Assembly (NCBI GenBank): GCA_963783575.1
Contig: CAWAOD010000009.1
Location: 352,001-416,000 of the forward strand
DNA length: 64,000 nt
Direction: 5' to 3'
DNA from: an uncultured Spirochaetota bacterium
GTDB lineage: Bacteria; Spirochaetota; Brevinematia; Brevinematales; JAOACQ01
In this document: piece after piece, positions 22,394 through 32,822 of the stretch
Position numbering within the stretch: the first letter of the stretch is position 1
Layout of the letters: the number at the start of each line of letters is the position of its first letter
The notes under the pieces: model-generated
What the model was told of the DNA's origin: nothing
What the model saw: only the letters and a program-made list of their open reading frames with translations
Database searches by the model: none
Program-made: the position numbers and the translations under genes

Positions 22394-22813
22394 AGGAAAG
22401 GATTGATGTTTAAATAAATATAAAACGATTTTTTATTGATTTAACTTATCAAATAAGTTCGCTTAATTACACCATGGAGCATAAGCGCAATTTCTGATTG
22501 AACTTATATTATACTTATAAGGAATCTTGGTACAAAATCATTGTTATTCGTAATTAACATTGTTTAAACAAGTTTGAGGATTTCAACCACGGAAGGTTGA
22601 GACCGAGGAATCAGAACAAGGACGTACTAATGACGAAGCGGTAAGTAAAAGACAGCTTTTACAAATAATCCTGAATAACAACATCTCAGTACTCAAAGAT
22701 TACTTCACATGAAAAATGGTGTTAATGCGAAGGGGCGATTTTTCTTTTCGATTCCTTTTCTTTTGAACGATCAAAAGAAAAGGAATAAAGCCATATGCCG
22801 TGGTTCCGCGGCA

Positions 22814-24802
22814 TTAAAGGTTCATTTTCACATAAATAAAAGAACTCAGTACATTTTTATAATATTCCTGCATATCAACAAATTTTATTAATACAATGTT
22901 TTGTTTCCGTGTAAGAATAATACCATTTGTACTTAGATCGGTTTCATTAATTGATATTTTGATATTATTGTTAAGTATAACATCATTTATTCTCAGGTCT
23001 TCATCCGTAAAATCTCCGGTTAATTCTATAACCATTCCATCCATTGATATTGATTTCAATTTACCGACAACCGTTTTATGTGTACTTGGTGAACGGATTG
23101 CTATCAGTATCCTATCGCTGGCGTCAGGCTCGACACGGATTGATTGCCTGCGTTCAATATTCATATTATCCTGGAACAGCATCTTGAATATGTTTTTTTC
23201 AAATATTTCCTGAACAAAAGGCTTTAAGATTATTCCTTTTATTCCTATTCTAATCATTTCTTCAAAAAAATCTTTCGATGAAGGCGGCGCCCAGAGTATA
23301 ACCTTAACAAATCTCAACTCCTCATTCTGCTTGATCCCCCTTATTATTTCAATAATATCAACTGTTAAAGGAGTGCAGGAGCATAAGAACACATTGTATT
23401 TTTTTGTCTTCAGCTTTCCTGCTATTTCCTTTTTTTCATGAATGCACAAGCATTTTATCCCATTATTTATAAATGTATAGATAATCGGTTTTTGTATCTG
23501 GCTGATTGGTTCATAGACCAAAATATTAATTTGATCTGTTATTTGCCTATCAAAGGCATCGGTTTTGTCAATATAATTTTTCAGCCAATTAAGGGCTGTA
23601 TTCTCGTCATTAAAAAGTCTTCTGGGAGGGCCGCCGGGCATTCTATGCAAGTCCATGAAGAAATTTGCCATAAACCTTGAAATCCCTGACTTTATTATAA
23701 TCGCAATTGCCGCAACCGAAATCTGGGCTTCTTCCGATTCATAATATTTTCTACTTTCAGGGGTCATATCTTTAACTTTCGAAGAATCAATTAGAACAGG
23801 CGATTTTCTACCTTTTACCATTTTATCGACAACCGTAATAATTTCCCTGGCGTCATCAGCCGTATGAATTTCGCTGACGGTAAGTATCCTGACAATCCCA
23901 TCATCTCCCATGAAGACATTTGACGAGTTTGTTTCTACCATTTCCAGTATTGAAATATTATTTCTACTTGCATATTGCTGTACTCCGGTGCTGCTTTCAA
24001 AAACATTTTTCAGCCAATGTAAGGCTTTACTCTCATCATTGAAAAGTCTTTTAGGGGGGCCGGACTGCTTGCTGAAATCTATAAAGAAATCGGACATCAT
24101 TTTTGAAATTTTTGAACCTAAAACAACAGCCATCGCTGAAATCGATTGAACAGCCTCATCCGCCTCATAATATTTTCTGCTCTCCGGGGTCATTTCAATT
24201 ACCCTTGAATTATCTATCAATAGAGGAAATTTAGCGTCTTTTGCAATACGATTAACCGCGTTAATGTTTTCTTTCGCATTATCTTCAGTTTGAATTATTG
24301 TCAAACATATTACCCGTATAATACCATCGTCTGCCAGTAATATTTTTGACGTTTTTGTATCTATAGATTCTATTATGGAAATATTATTTTGACTCAGGTA
24401 TTGCTGAAGGTCAAAATCTTTATTATAAAAATTTTTCAGCCATTCAATTGCTTTACTATCTTCATTGAAAAGTCTTTTAGGGGGGCCGGGATATTTAATT
24501 ATATTTTTCAGGAAATCTGTCATGTTGTTTGTCAATACATTGCCGAAAACAACTGCAACCGCAAAAACAGAATCGATCGCAAACATAGATTCATAATATT
24601 TTAAGTTTTTTGAATCGATTTCCCTGAACTGCATCATATCAAGTAAAAGAGGATATGAATTACCGGAGGCTATTTTCTTGATGGCGTTGCTGTTTTCTTT
24701 TACGCAGTCTTCAGATTGGAGTTCTTTAATACAGGTAAGCCTAATAATCCCATCATCGCCTAAATTAATCTTGGATGAGTTCGTTTCAAGCGCATTCATC
24801 AT
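22814..24802 (-). CDS. Signalling protein: 3 tandem STAS/SpoIIAA-like domains, pseudo-receiver and PilZ-like domain
   Basis: Three repeats DDGI(I/V)R...P(L/V)LID...GPP(K/R)RLFN...A..WLKN; ILKPF receiver motif; ERRQSIR PilZ motif. Confidence 0.7.
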   Translation of the reverse strand: MMNALETNSSKINLGDDGIIRLTCIKELQSEDCVKENSNAIKKIASGNSYPLLLDMMQFREIDSKNLKYYESMFAIDSVFAVAVVFGNVLTNNMTDFLKNIIKYPGPPKRLFNEDSKAIEWLKNFYNKDFDLQQYLSQNNISIIESIDTKTSKILLADDGIIRVICLTIIQTEDNAKENINAVNRIAKDAKFPLLIDNSRVIEMTPESRKYYEADEAVQSISAMAVVLGSKISKMMSDFFIDFSKQSGPPKRLFNDESKALHWLKNVFESSTGVQQYASRNNISILEMVETNSSNVFMGDDGIVRILTVSEIHTADDAREIITVVDKMVKGRKSPVLIDSSKVKDMTPESRKYYESEEAQISVAAIAIIIKSGISRFMANFFMDLHRMPGGPPRRLFNDENTALNWLKNYIDKTDAFDRQITDQINILVYEPISQIQKPIIYTFINNGIKCLCIHEKKEIAGKLKTKKYNVFLCSCTPLTVDIIEIIRGIKQNEELRFVKVILWAPPSSKDFFEEMIRIGIKGIILKPFVQEIFEKNIFKMLFQDNMNIERRQSIRVEPDASDRILIAIRSPSTHKTVVGKLKSISMDGMVIELTGDFTDEDLRINDVILNNNIKISINETDLSTNGIILTRKQNIVLIKFVDMQEYYKNVLSSFIYVKMNL

Positions 24803-24940
24803 TCACATAATCTCCTTACCCAATAACAGATAAATCAGAATATGATATGATTAAATACCCCAATAAAACATTTTTCATCCATTCCAATTATAGCTTTCAG
24901 CAAATAAAAATGCAATATAAGTAGACAAAAATTTCAACAA

Positions 24941-26080
24941 TTATTTTACCCGTCCTGCAACCAGGTATTCCGTTGTTTCACCGGCTTTATAAACCCTTTT
25001 CGAATGATCGATGTCTGCCCGGAACCTTTGATATGGGAGCTTTACAAATTTATAACCTGAACAATAAGCCTCGAAAAGACTCTTAATAAAATCTTCCGAA
25101 ACAAGCCCCTCGTTATTATATGAAAGAATGACATATCTAGAATTTATTTTTGAAAATAATTCCAAATATGCCGATTCCGATTTGCTCCTGAGGCTGTAAT
25201 CCGAAATCAATTCTTTACTGTCTCTTAAACCCGTTATTCCCCTCGGAAAAAATCTATTAAGATCCCATTTCACGATTGTTTCAAGTATATGATAATTTCC
25301 CGAGTACTGGCGGTGATTGTAAGGCGGATCAATGTAGGTTAATAATATATTATCGTTTTTCAATTGTTCAAGAAGTTTTAAGGAATCAACGCAAAATACC
25401 TTGTGATTTCCAGGATTGGATTTACTTTTAACAGGTTTTATTGCAATCATTTCCATCGGTTTTTCAGCGGTTTTTTTAATTTTTTTCAGGAAGGCACCGT
25501 AAACCGAAGCTGTGTTGGCCGCCCTGTCCGCTGATTCCAGAAGACAGGCTATAAGCCAGGTTTTTTCATTGCCGGCGAGAAGGCCTTTCCGGTTCCATTC
25601 TTCGATTTTATCCCTGACAGCCTGAATTTTAAGCCCATTTTCGCCTGAAAAATATTTTCTTCCCTGACTTCCGCCGTCGCAGTAATAATCATAAAATTCA
25701 CCGCTTTTACCGCTTAAATTTCCAAGATATGTTAATACCTTGATAAAAGGCATATCTTCGATTAAATCATTACTGCAGCCGTAAGAATGGGTTTTTACCG
25801 GTAAAGGTTTTGTATCATATACTGATTTTTCCTCGTCGCTGTTAAGAAGTTTTTTAAATTCCGGGAAGCCATCGAATATAATATAAGATGCCGTAAGGCA
25901 GTATGAGTAATACTGCCAGTCATTTGCGTAAACAGCATATCCCAGGGACTTAAAAAGCTGCGATACAACGCCGGTTCCGGAGAACAGATCAAGGACTGTT
26001 CCGCCTTCCGGAATATTGTATTCTCTAATAATATTTTCTATGTGTTTTAACAAGCTGAATTTAGATCCGATATAATTCAT
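24941..26080 (-). CDS. N6-adenine DNA methyltransferase (D12 class), apparently orphan
   Basis: MNYIGSK, DLFSGTG, YIDPPY and LSYNNEG motifs. Confidence 0.9.
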   Translation of the reverse strand: MNYIGSKFSLLKHIENIIREYNIPEGGTVLDLFSGTGVVSQLFKSLGYAVYANDWQYYSYCLTASYIIFDGFPEFKKLLNSDEEKSVYDTKPLPVKTHSYGCSNDLIEDMPFIKVLTYLGNLSGKSGEFYDYYCDGGSQGRKYFSGENGLKIQAVRDKIEEWNRKGLLAGNEKTWLIACLLESADRAANTASVYGAFLKKIKKTAEKPMEMIAIKPVKSKSNPGNHKVFCVDSLKLLEQLKNDNILLTYIDPPYNHRQYSGNYHILETIVKWDLNRFFPRGITGLRDSKELISDYSLRSKSESAYLELFSKINSRYVILSYNNEGLVSEDFIKSLFEAYCSGYKFVKLPYQRFRADIDHSKRVYKAGETTEYLVAGRVK

Positions 26081-26206
26081 GGTTTATTCTTCCTTAAACT
26101 TTTCAGGATTTTATTATAACCTATTATTGACGTTAATACATTAAATTTTTTTACTTTTTAAAATTTTCTAGTTATATTATATAAAAAATATATTTAAGGA
26201 AATTAT

Positions 26207-27903
26207 ATGAAAGTAACTGTACCGAAAGAAGAGATCGACAAGCTTATCAATGAATACGGATCAACGGAAAACGAGGCAGTTAAGGCGTTTCTGGACGCAC
26301 AACAGGCTTCCCAGGATGCTTTTCAGCAGGTGCTCAGCAAACAGCTTGGAGCCAAAAAGAACGGAAGCAACGGTAAAAGGGTAAATACCGTTTTTACCCC
26401 CCGGCAGATCAAGGAACACCTGGACCGATACGTTATAGGCCAGGAGGAGTACAAAAAGCGGCTTTCAATCGCGGCGGCATTCCATTTTGCAATACTGCAC
26501 TACCTTGACGAGAATCCCCAGGAAACAATGGTAAAACGCTTCCGCAAGAAAAACACAATCATAGCCGGCCCTTCCGGCAGCGGAAAAACATACAGCGTGG
26601 AAGTATTGGGGGATCTTCTTGAAGTCCCTACGCTTATTATAGACGCAACTGATTACACCGAAGCCGGGTATGTCGGTAAAAGCGCCGATGATATGATCCG
26701 TGAATTGATCGATATGGCCCCCGGGGCCACACATAATGAAAAAGGCGAATTCATTAATAAATACGGCGGAATTATTTTTATTGACGAAATCGACAAGAAA
26801 GCCAAAGACGGCCAGCTTGCCGGATATGATATTTCCCGCGAAGGATTCCAGAGAGCTGTATTGAAGCTGATAGAACGTAAGTTTGTTTCCATAGATAACC
26901 CGATGTCGCCGGCATCGCAGATTCAGGAAGTTATCAACGTCCAGCGCGGCGGCGGGACAAAAAAGCAGGAAAACATGATCAGCACGGAAAAGATTTTGTT
27001 CATTGTCGGCGGTTCTTTCCAGCGGGTGAACGACAGCCTTGAAGAGATAGTCAAGGACCGGATTAAGCATCAATCCGGCAGGGTCCGGGATGACGGAAGC
27101 TTTATGGTAACAGGATTCGGCCCGGATGAATCTGAAGGAAGAGCGAAGGCAATGCTGAATTTATACAAGGAAGCCGATGTCGACGATTATATCCGTTTCG
27201 GCCTTATACCCGAACTTGTGGGAAGAATTCCTATCAGAAGCTACGTGAACCTTCTTTCTAAAAACGATCTTATCCGAATTATGAGAGATACGGAGGATTC
27301 CATCATTCACCAGTATATCGCCGAATTCAAAGCCTTCGATATAGATATTCATTTTAACGATGAGGCTATTGAATTTGTCGCGGGGCTTTCGGAAAATAAA
27401 AAGACCGGCGCGAGGGCGCTTGTAAGCGTCTGGGAGAATATTTTCACGGATTTTCAGTATGAAATGCCAGGCTCTCATTTCAAGGAATTGACTATCAGTG
27501 AAGAATTATGCAGGGCCCTAAAGACGCCCTGTTAAATCTTCTTGAACTGTCTCCTTTTGTCGATTTTACCGACAGGTTCAACAAGGAATATAATATCGAG
27601 CTGGTTCTGGAACAGGAAGCCCAGGAATATGTGGAAAATTTTGCCCGACAGAACGGCATTCAGATATCCGACACTTTGAAACAACTTTTAAAAGGGGCAT
27701 CCTCTCTTAATTATATGAATATTACAGGAAAATACAATATTACCGTTGGTATGCTCAAGGACCCTATTTATTTCGATAAGCTGTTTACCGAATGGTACAA
27801 GCAGTCGAGATCAGACGGGCCGCTGCCGGACCTTCCGCAGACAGAACAACCTGAAAATAAGCAGAATGATTCAGGCAAGGCTGAAACCGGCGGAGTTGAA
27901 TAA
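26207..27903 (+). CDS. ClpX-like AAA+ ATPase, probably one gene with a frameshift near 27512
   Basis: YVIGQE, GPSGSGKT, TEAGYVG, IDEIDK, PELVGR and TGARAL motifs. ORF 27508..27903 overlaps in a different frame. Confidence 0.75.
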
Positions 27904-27921
27904 TTATTTCGGGAGCACGGA

Positions 27922-28758
27922 TTGTTATTATTCGTAATGACCGGAAACTCGGAAGCAAAGCCGTTAATTAAGAGCTGGCGTTTAAAAAAAGATCCTGCCG
28001 TCAGAAGAATGGAATATTATTCCGGAGATAACGCCCGCCTTATTATCAGCGGTAAAGGAATTGTCAGAACATCAGCCGCGGCTGCTTTTCTTCTCGGCAA
28101 AAATAACTACAGAGATACGGATATTTTAATCCATATAGGATTCTGTTTTGCCGTAAATACAGATTTCGCTCCAGGAACCCCTGTTATATGCAACAAAATT
28201 ATCAACGAATCATCGGGAAAATCATTTTACCCCGACATCATCTTTAAACATGAATTGAATGAATCATCAATTTCAAGCTATTCGTTTTTCAAAGGAATTG
28301 ATGCGGATGAAATAAAAGAAGCTGGGCTTTTCGATTCCGAAGCGGCCGGCTTTATTGAAAGCGCTCTTGCCTTCCTGCCTCCACATCGCGTTTTATGCAT
28401 TAAATTTATAATCCCGGCCGAAGAATACAATTCAAAGAGCGTCAACCGCCTGGGCAACAAATATATTTATTATAATCATCCTTTAATAGAAAAATTAATT
28501 CTTGCCGCTCAAACTTATTTTACAGAAAAACCAATTGCCATTCCCGATGATGAAATCGAATTTCTTGAACAAATATTTGTCAGACTGCGACTGACGGAGA
28601 CAATGAAGCATAGACTTATGGAACTTGCAGAGCATTACATATTTAAACATCAATGCGGGCTGGATGTATTAAAACCTTACCTGTTAATTGAACCGGAATC
28701 AAAACAAAAAAGAAATTCAATTTTCAATTCCATTGTAGACATACTTTCGGAAGGATGA
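27922..28758 (+). CDS. Nucleoside phosphorylase-like protein (SPL-associated)
   Basis: EAKPLI...SGKG...IHIGFC...FDSEAAG; directly upstream of the SPL-like gene. Confidence 0.65.
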   Translation: MLLFVMTGNSEAKPLIKSWRLKKDPAVRRMEYYSGDNARLIISGKGIVRTSAAAAFLLGKNNYRDTDILIHIGFCFAVNTDFAPGTPVICNKIINESSGKSFYPDIIFKHELNESSISSYSFFKGIDADEIKEAGLFDSEAAGFIESALAFLPPHRVLCIKFIIPAEEYNSKSVNRLGNKYIYYNHPLIEKLILAAQTYFTEKPIAIPDDEIEFLEQIFVRLRLTETMKHRLMELAEHYIFKHQCGLDVLKPYLLIEPESKQKRNSIFNSIVDILSEG

Positions 28759-28765
28759 TTTTAAT

Positions 28766-29749
28766 ATGTTTTCACACCTATATATTGAAAAAAAGGCTTT
28801 AGAATATCCAATGACCCGGAAAATTTTAAAAAGTTTTCCAAATTCCGTCAGAATAACAATTGATCATTACAAGGATTTTTTCTGCCGTCCGGATCAGGAT
28901 TATACCGCCCAGAAATCTTCTCAAAAGCTTATACTGGCCGTTAAGGAGGATAGGTTTCTTTACAGGGTGCCGGAAATCTGCATTGATAATGACCGGGAAA
29001 ATTTACAGAACAGCGAAATATATTACTCTTCAGCGGTAATAAACTGCATATATAACTGTGAATACTGTTTTTTACAGGGTATGTACCCATCCGCGAATAT
29101 TGTTGTTTTTGTCAATATTGATGATTTTTTCGGGGCTGCGGAAAATAAAATCAATGAATCGAAAGAAAATCATATTAAATTGAAAGTTTCTTATGACTCA
29201 GATATCATAGCATTGGAAAACATCGTACCATATGCTTACGAATGGATAAGATTCGCAAAAAGAAACCGGAGAGCAACGGTCGAAATCCGTACAAAAAGCG
29301 GAAATTTTAATTCGATATCGATGCTTGACCCCCCTGAAAATATTGATCTTGCCTGGACATTATCCCCGCAATCCGTTGCCGAAGAATTCGAAAATGGCGC
29401 TCCCTCGCTTGAATCAAGGATTTCATCCGTCCGGCAGGCCGTTGATAAAGGCTGGAAAGTCAGGCTTTGTTTTGACCCTGTGATAATGGTTAAAAACTGG
29501 AAAGATATTTATTCGGAATTTATTGATTATATTTTCACTCAATTGCCTTACGGTGAAATTCATGATATAAGCACAGGCGCATTCAGAATGCCGTTTGAAT
29601 ATTTCAAAAAGATAAAAAAAATCAGGCCTGATTCCGGTTTATATTACACTAAGCTGGAAAACCGTAGCGGAAATATCCGATATCCCGAAAAGTCAGAATT
29701 TGAGATGCTGGATCATATCGGCAATTGCATAAATAAATATAAAAGATGA
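28766..29749 (+). CDS. Spore photoproduct lyase family radical SAM protein
   Basis: NCIYNCEYCFLQGMY, EIRTKS, WTLSP and CFDPVI motifs. Confidence 0.85.
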   Translation: MFSHLYIEKKALEYPMTRKILKSFPNSVRITIDHYKDFFCRPDQDYTAQKSSQKLILAVKEDRFLYRVPEICIDNDRENLQNSEIYYSSAVINCIYNCEYCFLQGMYPSANIVVFVNIDDFFGAAENKINESKENHIKLKVSYDSDIIALENIVPYAYEWIRFAKRNRRATVEIRTKSGNFNSISMLDPPENIDLAWTLSPQSVAEEFENGAPSLESRISSVRQAVDKGWKVRLCFDPVIMVKNWKDIYSEFIDYIFTQLPYGEIHDISTGAFRMPFEYFKKIKKIRPDSGLYYTKLENRSGNIRYPEKSEFEMLDHIGNCINKYKR

Positions 29750-29789
29750 TAAGGCTTACCGAACTGATGTTCGGCGGTTGACTAGGGGG

Positions 29790-30040
29790 CCGCTCGAGAG
29801 GGCGGGTCATTAACGGGAAGAGCGCTGCGAAAGAAAGTAACTTTTGCAGCCCTTCGTAACTCACGTCCTGTTCGAACAGATCTACGGGCACGCGCGAGTC
29901 CTATCGCGCTCGCAAAAGTGACTTTCTTTCTCCGCTGTGCTTTCCCGTGAATCTAGTAAAGAAAGAACAGCCGGGAAATTAGTTTATGATTAATAATAAT
30001 CTGAAATTGACAGTTCTTTTTGGTTATTAGCCGGCTGTTC
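29790..30040. repeat. Dispersed structured non-coding element, copy B
   Basis: Long stem 29814-29847 / 29912-29947, second stem 29965-29974 / 30031-30040; homologous to 21861..22393. Confidence 0.65.
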
Positions 30041-30102
30041 TGAATATTTACAAAAGTCCCCTGTTTGTGGAAGAGAGGTTATATCTGTTTACAAAATGAT
30101 TC

Positions 30103-30132
30103 TTGACAATCAATAAATTAAAATGCTATAAT
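30103..30132 (+). promoter_or_regulatory. Consensus sigma70 promoter upstream of the cassette array (Pc-like)
   Basis: TTGACA (30103-08), 18-bp spacer, extended TG-c-TATAAT (30124-32). Confidence 0.75.
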
Positions 30133-30234
30133 AAAAATATTTATGTCCGTTGACCGGCAGAATATTTTTTTATAATATTACTAAGTTTTTTAATAAGTTC
30201 GTATTTTACAAGTATTTTGAAGTAATATATGAAG

Positions 30235-30292
30235 TGCGCATATCACTCCGAAATTAGAGTAATATACGCAATGCGTATATATCGAGTTGTAC
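30235..30292 (+). other. attI-like first recombination junction
   Basis: GTTGTAC at 30286-92 with no matching R'' upstream; preceded by the palindrome atatacgca-a-tgcgtatat (30262-80). Confidence 0.55.
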
Positions 30293-30331
30293 GAAAGAAA
30301 TGCCCAGTAAGTTTATTTTTTGGAGAGTGTT

Positions 30332-31735
30332 ATGAATAAAATAATTATTTTATTATTAGTAATATTGTTTAATATCTTTTTATCTAACAATTTATATTGT
30401 AATTGGTCTCCAGTTGATGGTTCGTCATTAAAACAACCAAGAACAATGCAGCTAATTAATAATAAGTCTATATTTATTGAAAATGAAACAATTTCAATAA
30501 AAATTGAAAAAGAAAGTGCTTTTGTTAGTGTATTATATAAATTAAAAAATACAATAAATAAACAGGATGTTAATGTCAGTTTCCCAGTTGAATATTTATT
30601 AGAACCATATTTTGATGAGTTTAATAATAGTAATAAGGTTGACTATTTCAACGCTTATGAAAAAAGTGCTGATAACTATCAAAAAATAGTTTGCAATGAA
30701 TTATCAATAACAAATAATTTTAATAAAGATAGAGATGAATATAATATAACTCGATGGTATAATGCAAAGCTCAATTTTGTAAAAAATGAACTTAAAGAAA
30801 TTAAAGTTGAATACAAGATGAGTCTCGGTTTTGGAGATGGTATATCAACAATAGATTATTTTGTTAGATATTCACCAAGGACTTTTAAATATTTATTAAC
30901 ACCTGCAAAAAATTGGGGAAATGGGTTAGCCAAACATATAGAAATTAATATGGATTTAAATGATTTAAAAACCAATAATTTAATACTAAATAATATAAAA
31001 TTTCCTGGAAGTAAAAATAAATTTGGAATTTTCCAGGGATTAATAAACATTATTTCCCCAAATAAAACATTAATTAACAATAAATATTATTATAGTTTTA
31101 AATCAGATAATTTCAATTTTAACAATGCAGAAAATATTGAATTGGAATTTGATGTGGGTTCAATTTATAATTCTCAAATAGCATTAAGTAATAGAATTTC
31201 TAATAATCAAATTATTTCAATGAAGTCTTCTTCTACTCTTATAGATAAAAAGTATAGTTATTCAGTTTCTAATTTAATTGATAATAATTTTTCTACTGCT
31301 TGGGTTGAAGGTTCTTCTGGCCAAGGAATCGGCGATTGGGTTGAGTTCACATTTGATAATCCGAAAATAGGTTATATTGGAATTATCAATGGCCTTTTTA
31401 TAAATGAAAAGCTATATTATGCCAACAGTAGAATAAAAAAATTAAATTATTATGTAGAATATAATACAAATTATAATGATCCAAATAACATAACTTTTCA
31501 ACAGCAATATTTAACATATCATACTAATAATTATGAATCTTATGACATTAACTTTGAAGATAAACCTTATTTTAATATTTCTAAGTCAAATTTTTATAGA
31601 GTATTAGAAAGAGTATATGAAAACCCAGATTCTCCATTTCCAATTAAAAAATTTAGATTAACAATAAAAGATGTTTATCCTGGAAAAAGTTATAAAGATA
31701 CCTGTATTTCAGAAATATATTTTTTAAGCAATTAA
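30332..31735 (+). CDS. Cassette 1: secreted protein with DUF4424-like N-terminus and discoidin/glycan-binding C-terminal domain
   Basis: Signal peptide; YLLTPAKNW; NLIDNNFSTAWVEG...DVYPGKSYKDTCISEI. Confidence 0.7.
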   Translation: MNKIIILLLVILFNIFLSNNLYCNWSPVDGSSLKQPRTMQLINNKSIFIENETISIKIEKESAFVSVLYKLKNTINKQDVNVSFPVEYLLEPYFDEFNNSNKVDYFNAYEKSADNYQKIVCNELSITNNFNKDRDEYNITRWYNAKLNFVKNELKEIKVEYKMSLGFGDGISTIDYFVRYSPRTFKYLLTPAKNWGNGLAKHIEINMDLNDLKTNNLILNNIKFPGSKNKFGIFQGLINIISPNKTLINNKYYYSFKSDNFNFNNAENIELEFDVGSIYNSQIALSNRISNNQIISMKSSSTLIDKKYSYSVSNLIDNNFSTAWVEGSSGQGIGDWVEFTFDNPKIGYIGIINGLFINEKLYYANSRIKKLNYYVEYNTNYNDPNNITFQQQYLTYHTNNYESYDINFEDKPYFNISKSNFYRVLERVYENPDSPFPIKKFRLTIKDVYPGKSYKDTCISEIYFLSN

Positions 31736-31759
31736 GTAAAACAACTGGGCGTTTCCTTC

Positions 31760-31983
31760 GTACAACATGGCGTACACGTTCCGCTCCGTCCTCACTAGCG
31801 TTCCGGGCGGTGCTCAGGCTTCGCCACATTTCGCTTTGGCACGGATTTTTGCCTGAAATTTATTAAAGAGGGAATATGATGTTTAATAATGACTGTATTT
31901 ATAGAAAAACTTTACGGCAAAGTGGCAAAAACACGTGCCAACCCTGACGGGCCGCGAAACGTCGTGTACGCCTGCCGTTATAT
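31760..31983 (+). other. attC-like site 1 (224 bp)
   Basis: R'' GTACAAC, R' GTTATAT; ggcgtacacg / cgtgtacgcc and ttggcacg..tttttgcc / ggcaaaaa.cacgtgccaa arms; AT-rich loop. Confidence 0.85.
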
Positions 31984-32036
31984 GCAATGCCTTAAATTTT
32001 CTTGTTTTATAAATATTAGTATAATAGGAGGTTAAA

Positions 32037-32531
32037 ATGAATCCTAATGTTAATTTGACATTATTTTCTAAGGATAGTTATCGCTCGACCCGACAAGGGA
32101 AAATGGTGCTTAATTTTAGTGCGCTCCAAATATTTCCCTTATTGTGCCCAGTAGAAGAGTATAAATGGTTCCCAGGCTGGGAATGTATAATGGTATATTC
32201 CAAAACAGGGATTGCAGAGAAAGATGCCGTCTTTTTAACCAAAGAAAAGGACGGTTCTAATATTGTCTGGACAGTTATCACATATGATCCACCCAATTTA
32301 ATTGAATTTAGTATCGTAAACGGTCTGAATTCCGTCGAGAGATTCAGTATTATTTTGACAGAGATATCTCATAAAAGTACTGAACTTGAATGGAAAATCA
32401 TGAATACATCTTATTCAAAAAATAGTATTGAACAAAACAAAAATCAAAATAATGAATCTTTTAATATTTTTTTAGAAGATAGAAAAAAGGAAATGGACTA
32501 CTATCTACGGACAGGGAAAATAATTCAATAA
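32037..32531 (+). CDS. Cassette 2: SRPBCC/START-like protein
   Basis: IFPLLCPVEEYKWFPGW motif; AGGAGG RBS. Confidence 0.75.
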   Translation: MNPNVNLTLFSKDSYRSTRQGKMVLNFSALQIFPLLCPVEEYKWFPGWECIMVYSKTGIAEKDAVFLTKEKDGSNIVWTVITYDPPNLIEFSIVNGLNSVERFSIILTEISHKSTELEWKIMNTSYSKNSIEQNKNQNNESFNIFLEDRKKEMDYYLRTGKIIQ

Positions 32532-32551
32532 TTATATTAATAAGGCACTGC

Positions 32552-32712
32552 GCACAACAGCAAGTCAGCGGTTGCGCTCGAGTACTCGCTCCACCCAAAT
32601 CGCCGGGCTGGTTGAAAGCAATTAAATATGTTAATTTTTATAAATGCTTTTTGATATAATATTTACAGCTTAATTAAATACCGGCGACTTCGCCGACTTG
32701 CACCCGTTGTAC
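32552..32712 (+). other. attC-like site 2 (161 bp)
   Basis: R'' GCACAAC, R' GTTGTAC; gcaagtcagcg / cgccgacttgc and tcgccgg / ccggcga arms. Confidence 0.85.
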
Positions 32713-32822
32713 GAAAATTTCCGGGCCGAAGCTGATGATATTACTTTTCCGGCGTCCTTGCCGGAAAAATGATTTATTATTTAAAATGTATTAGAATTTA
32801 TATCGATTAGTAGAGGTTTTAA

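Noticed and set aside
29750..29950. Possible tRNA, SRP, 6S or riboswitch RNA
   Set aside because: GC-rich and structured, but I could not recognise diagnostic motifs; kept as an unclassified repeat.
30040..30100. KSPL peptide resembling an IntI C-terminus upstream of the array
   Set aside because: Only four residues, with no upstream recombinase motifs; likely chance.
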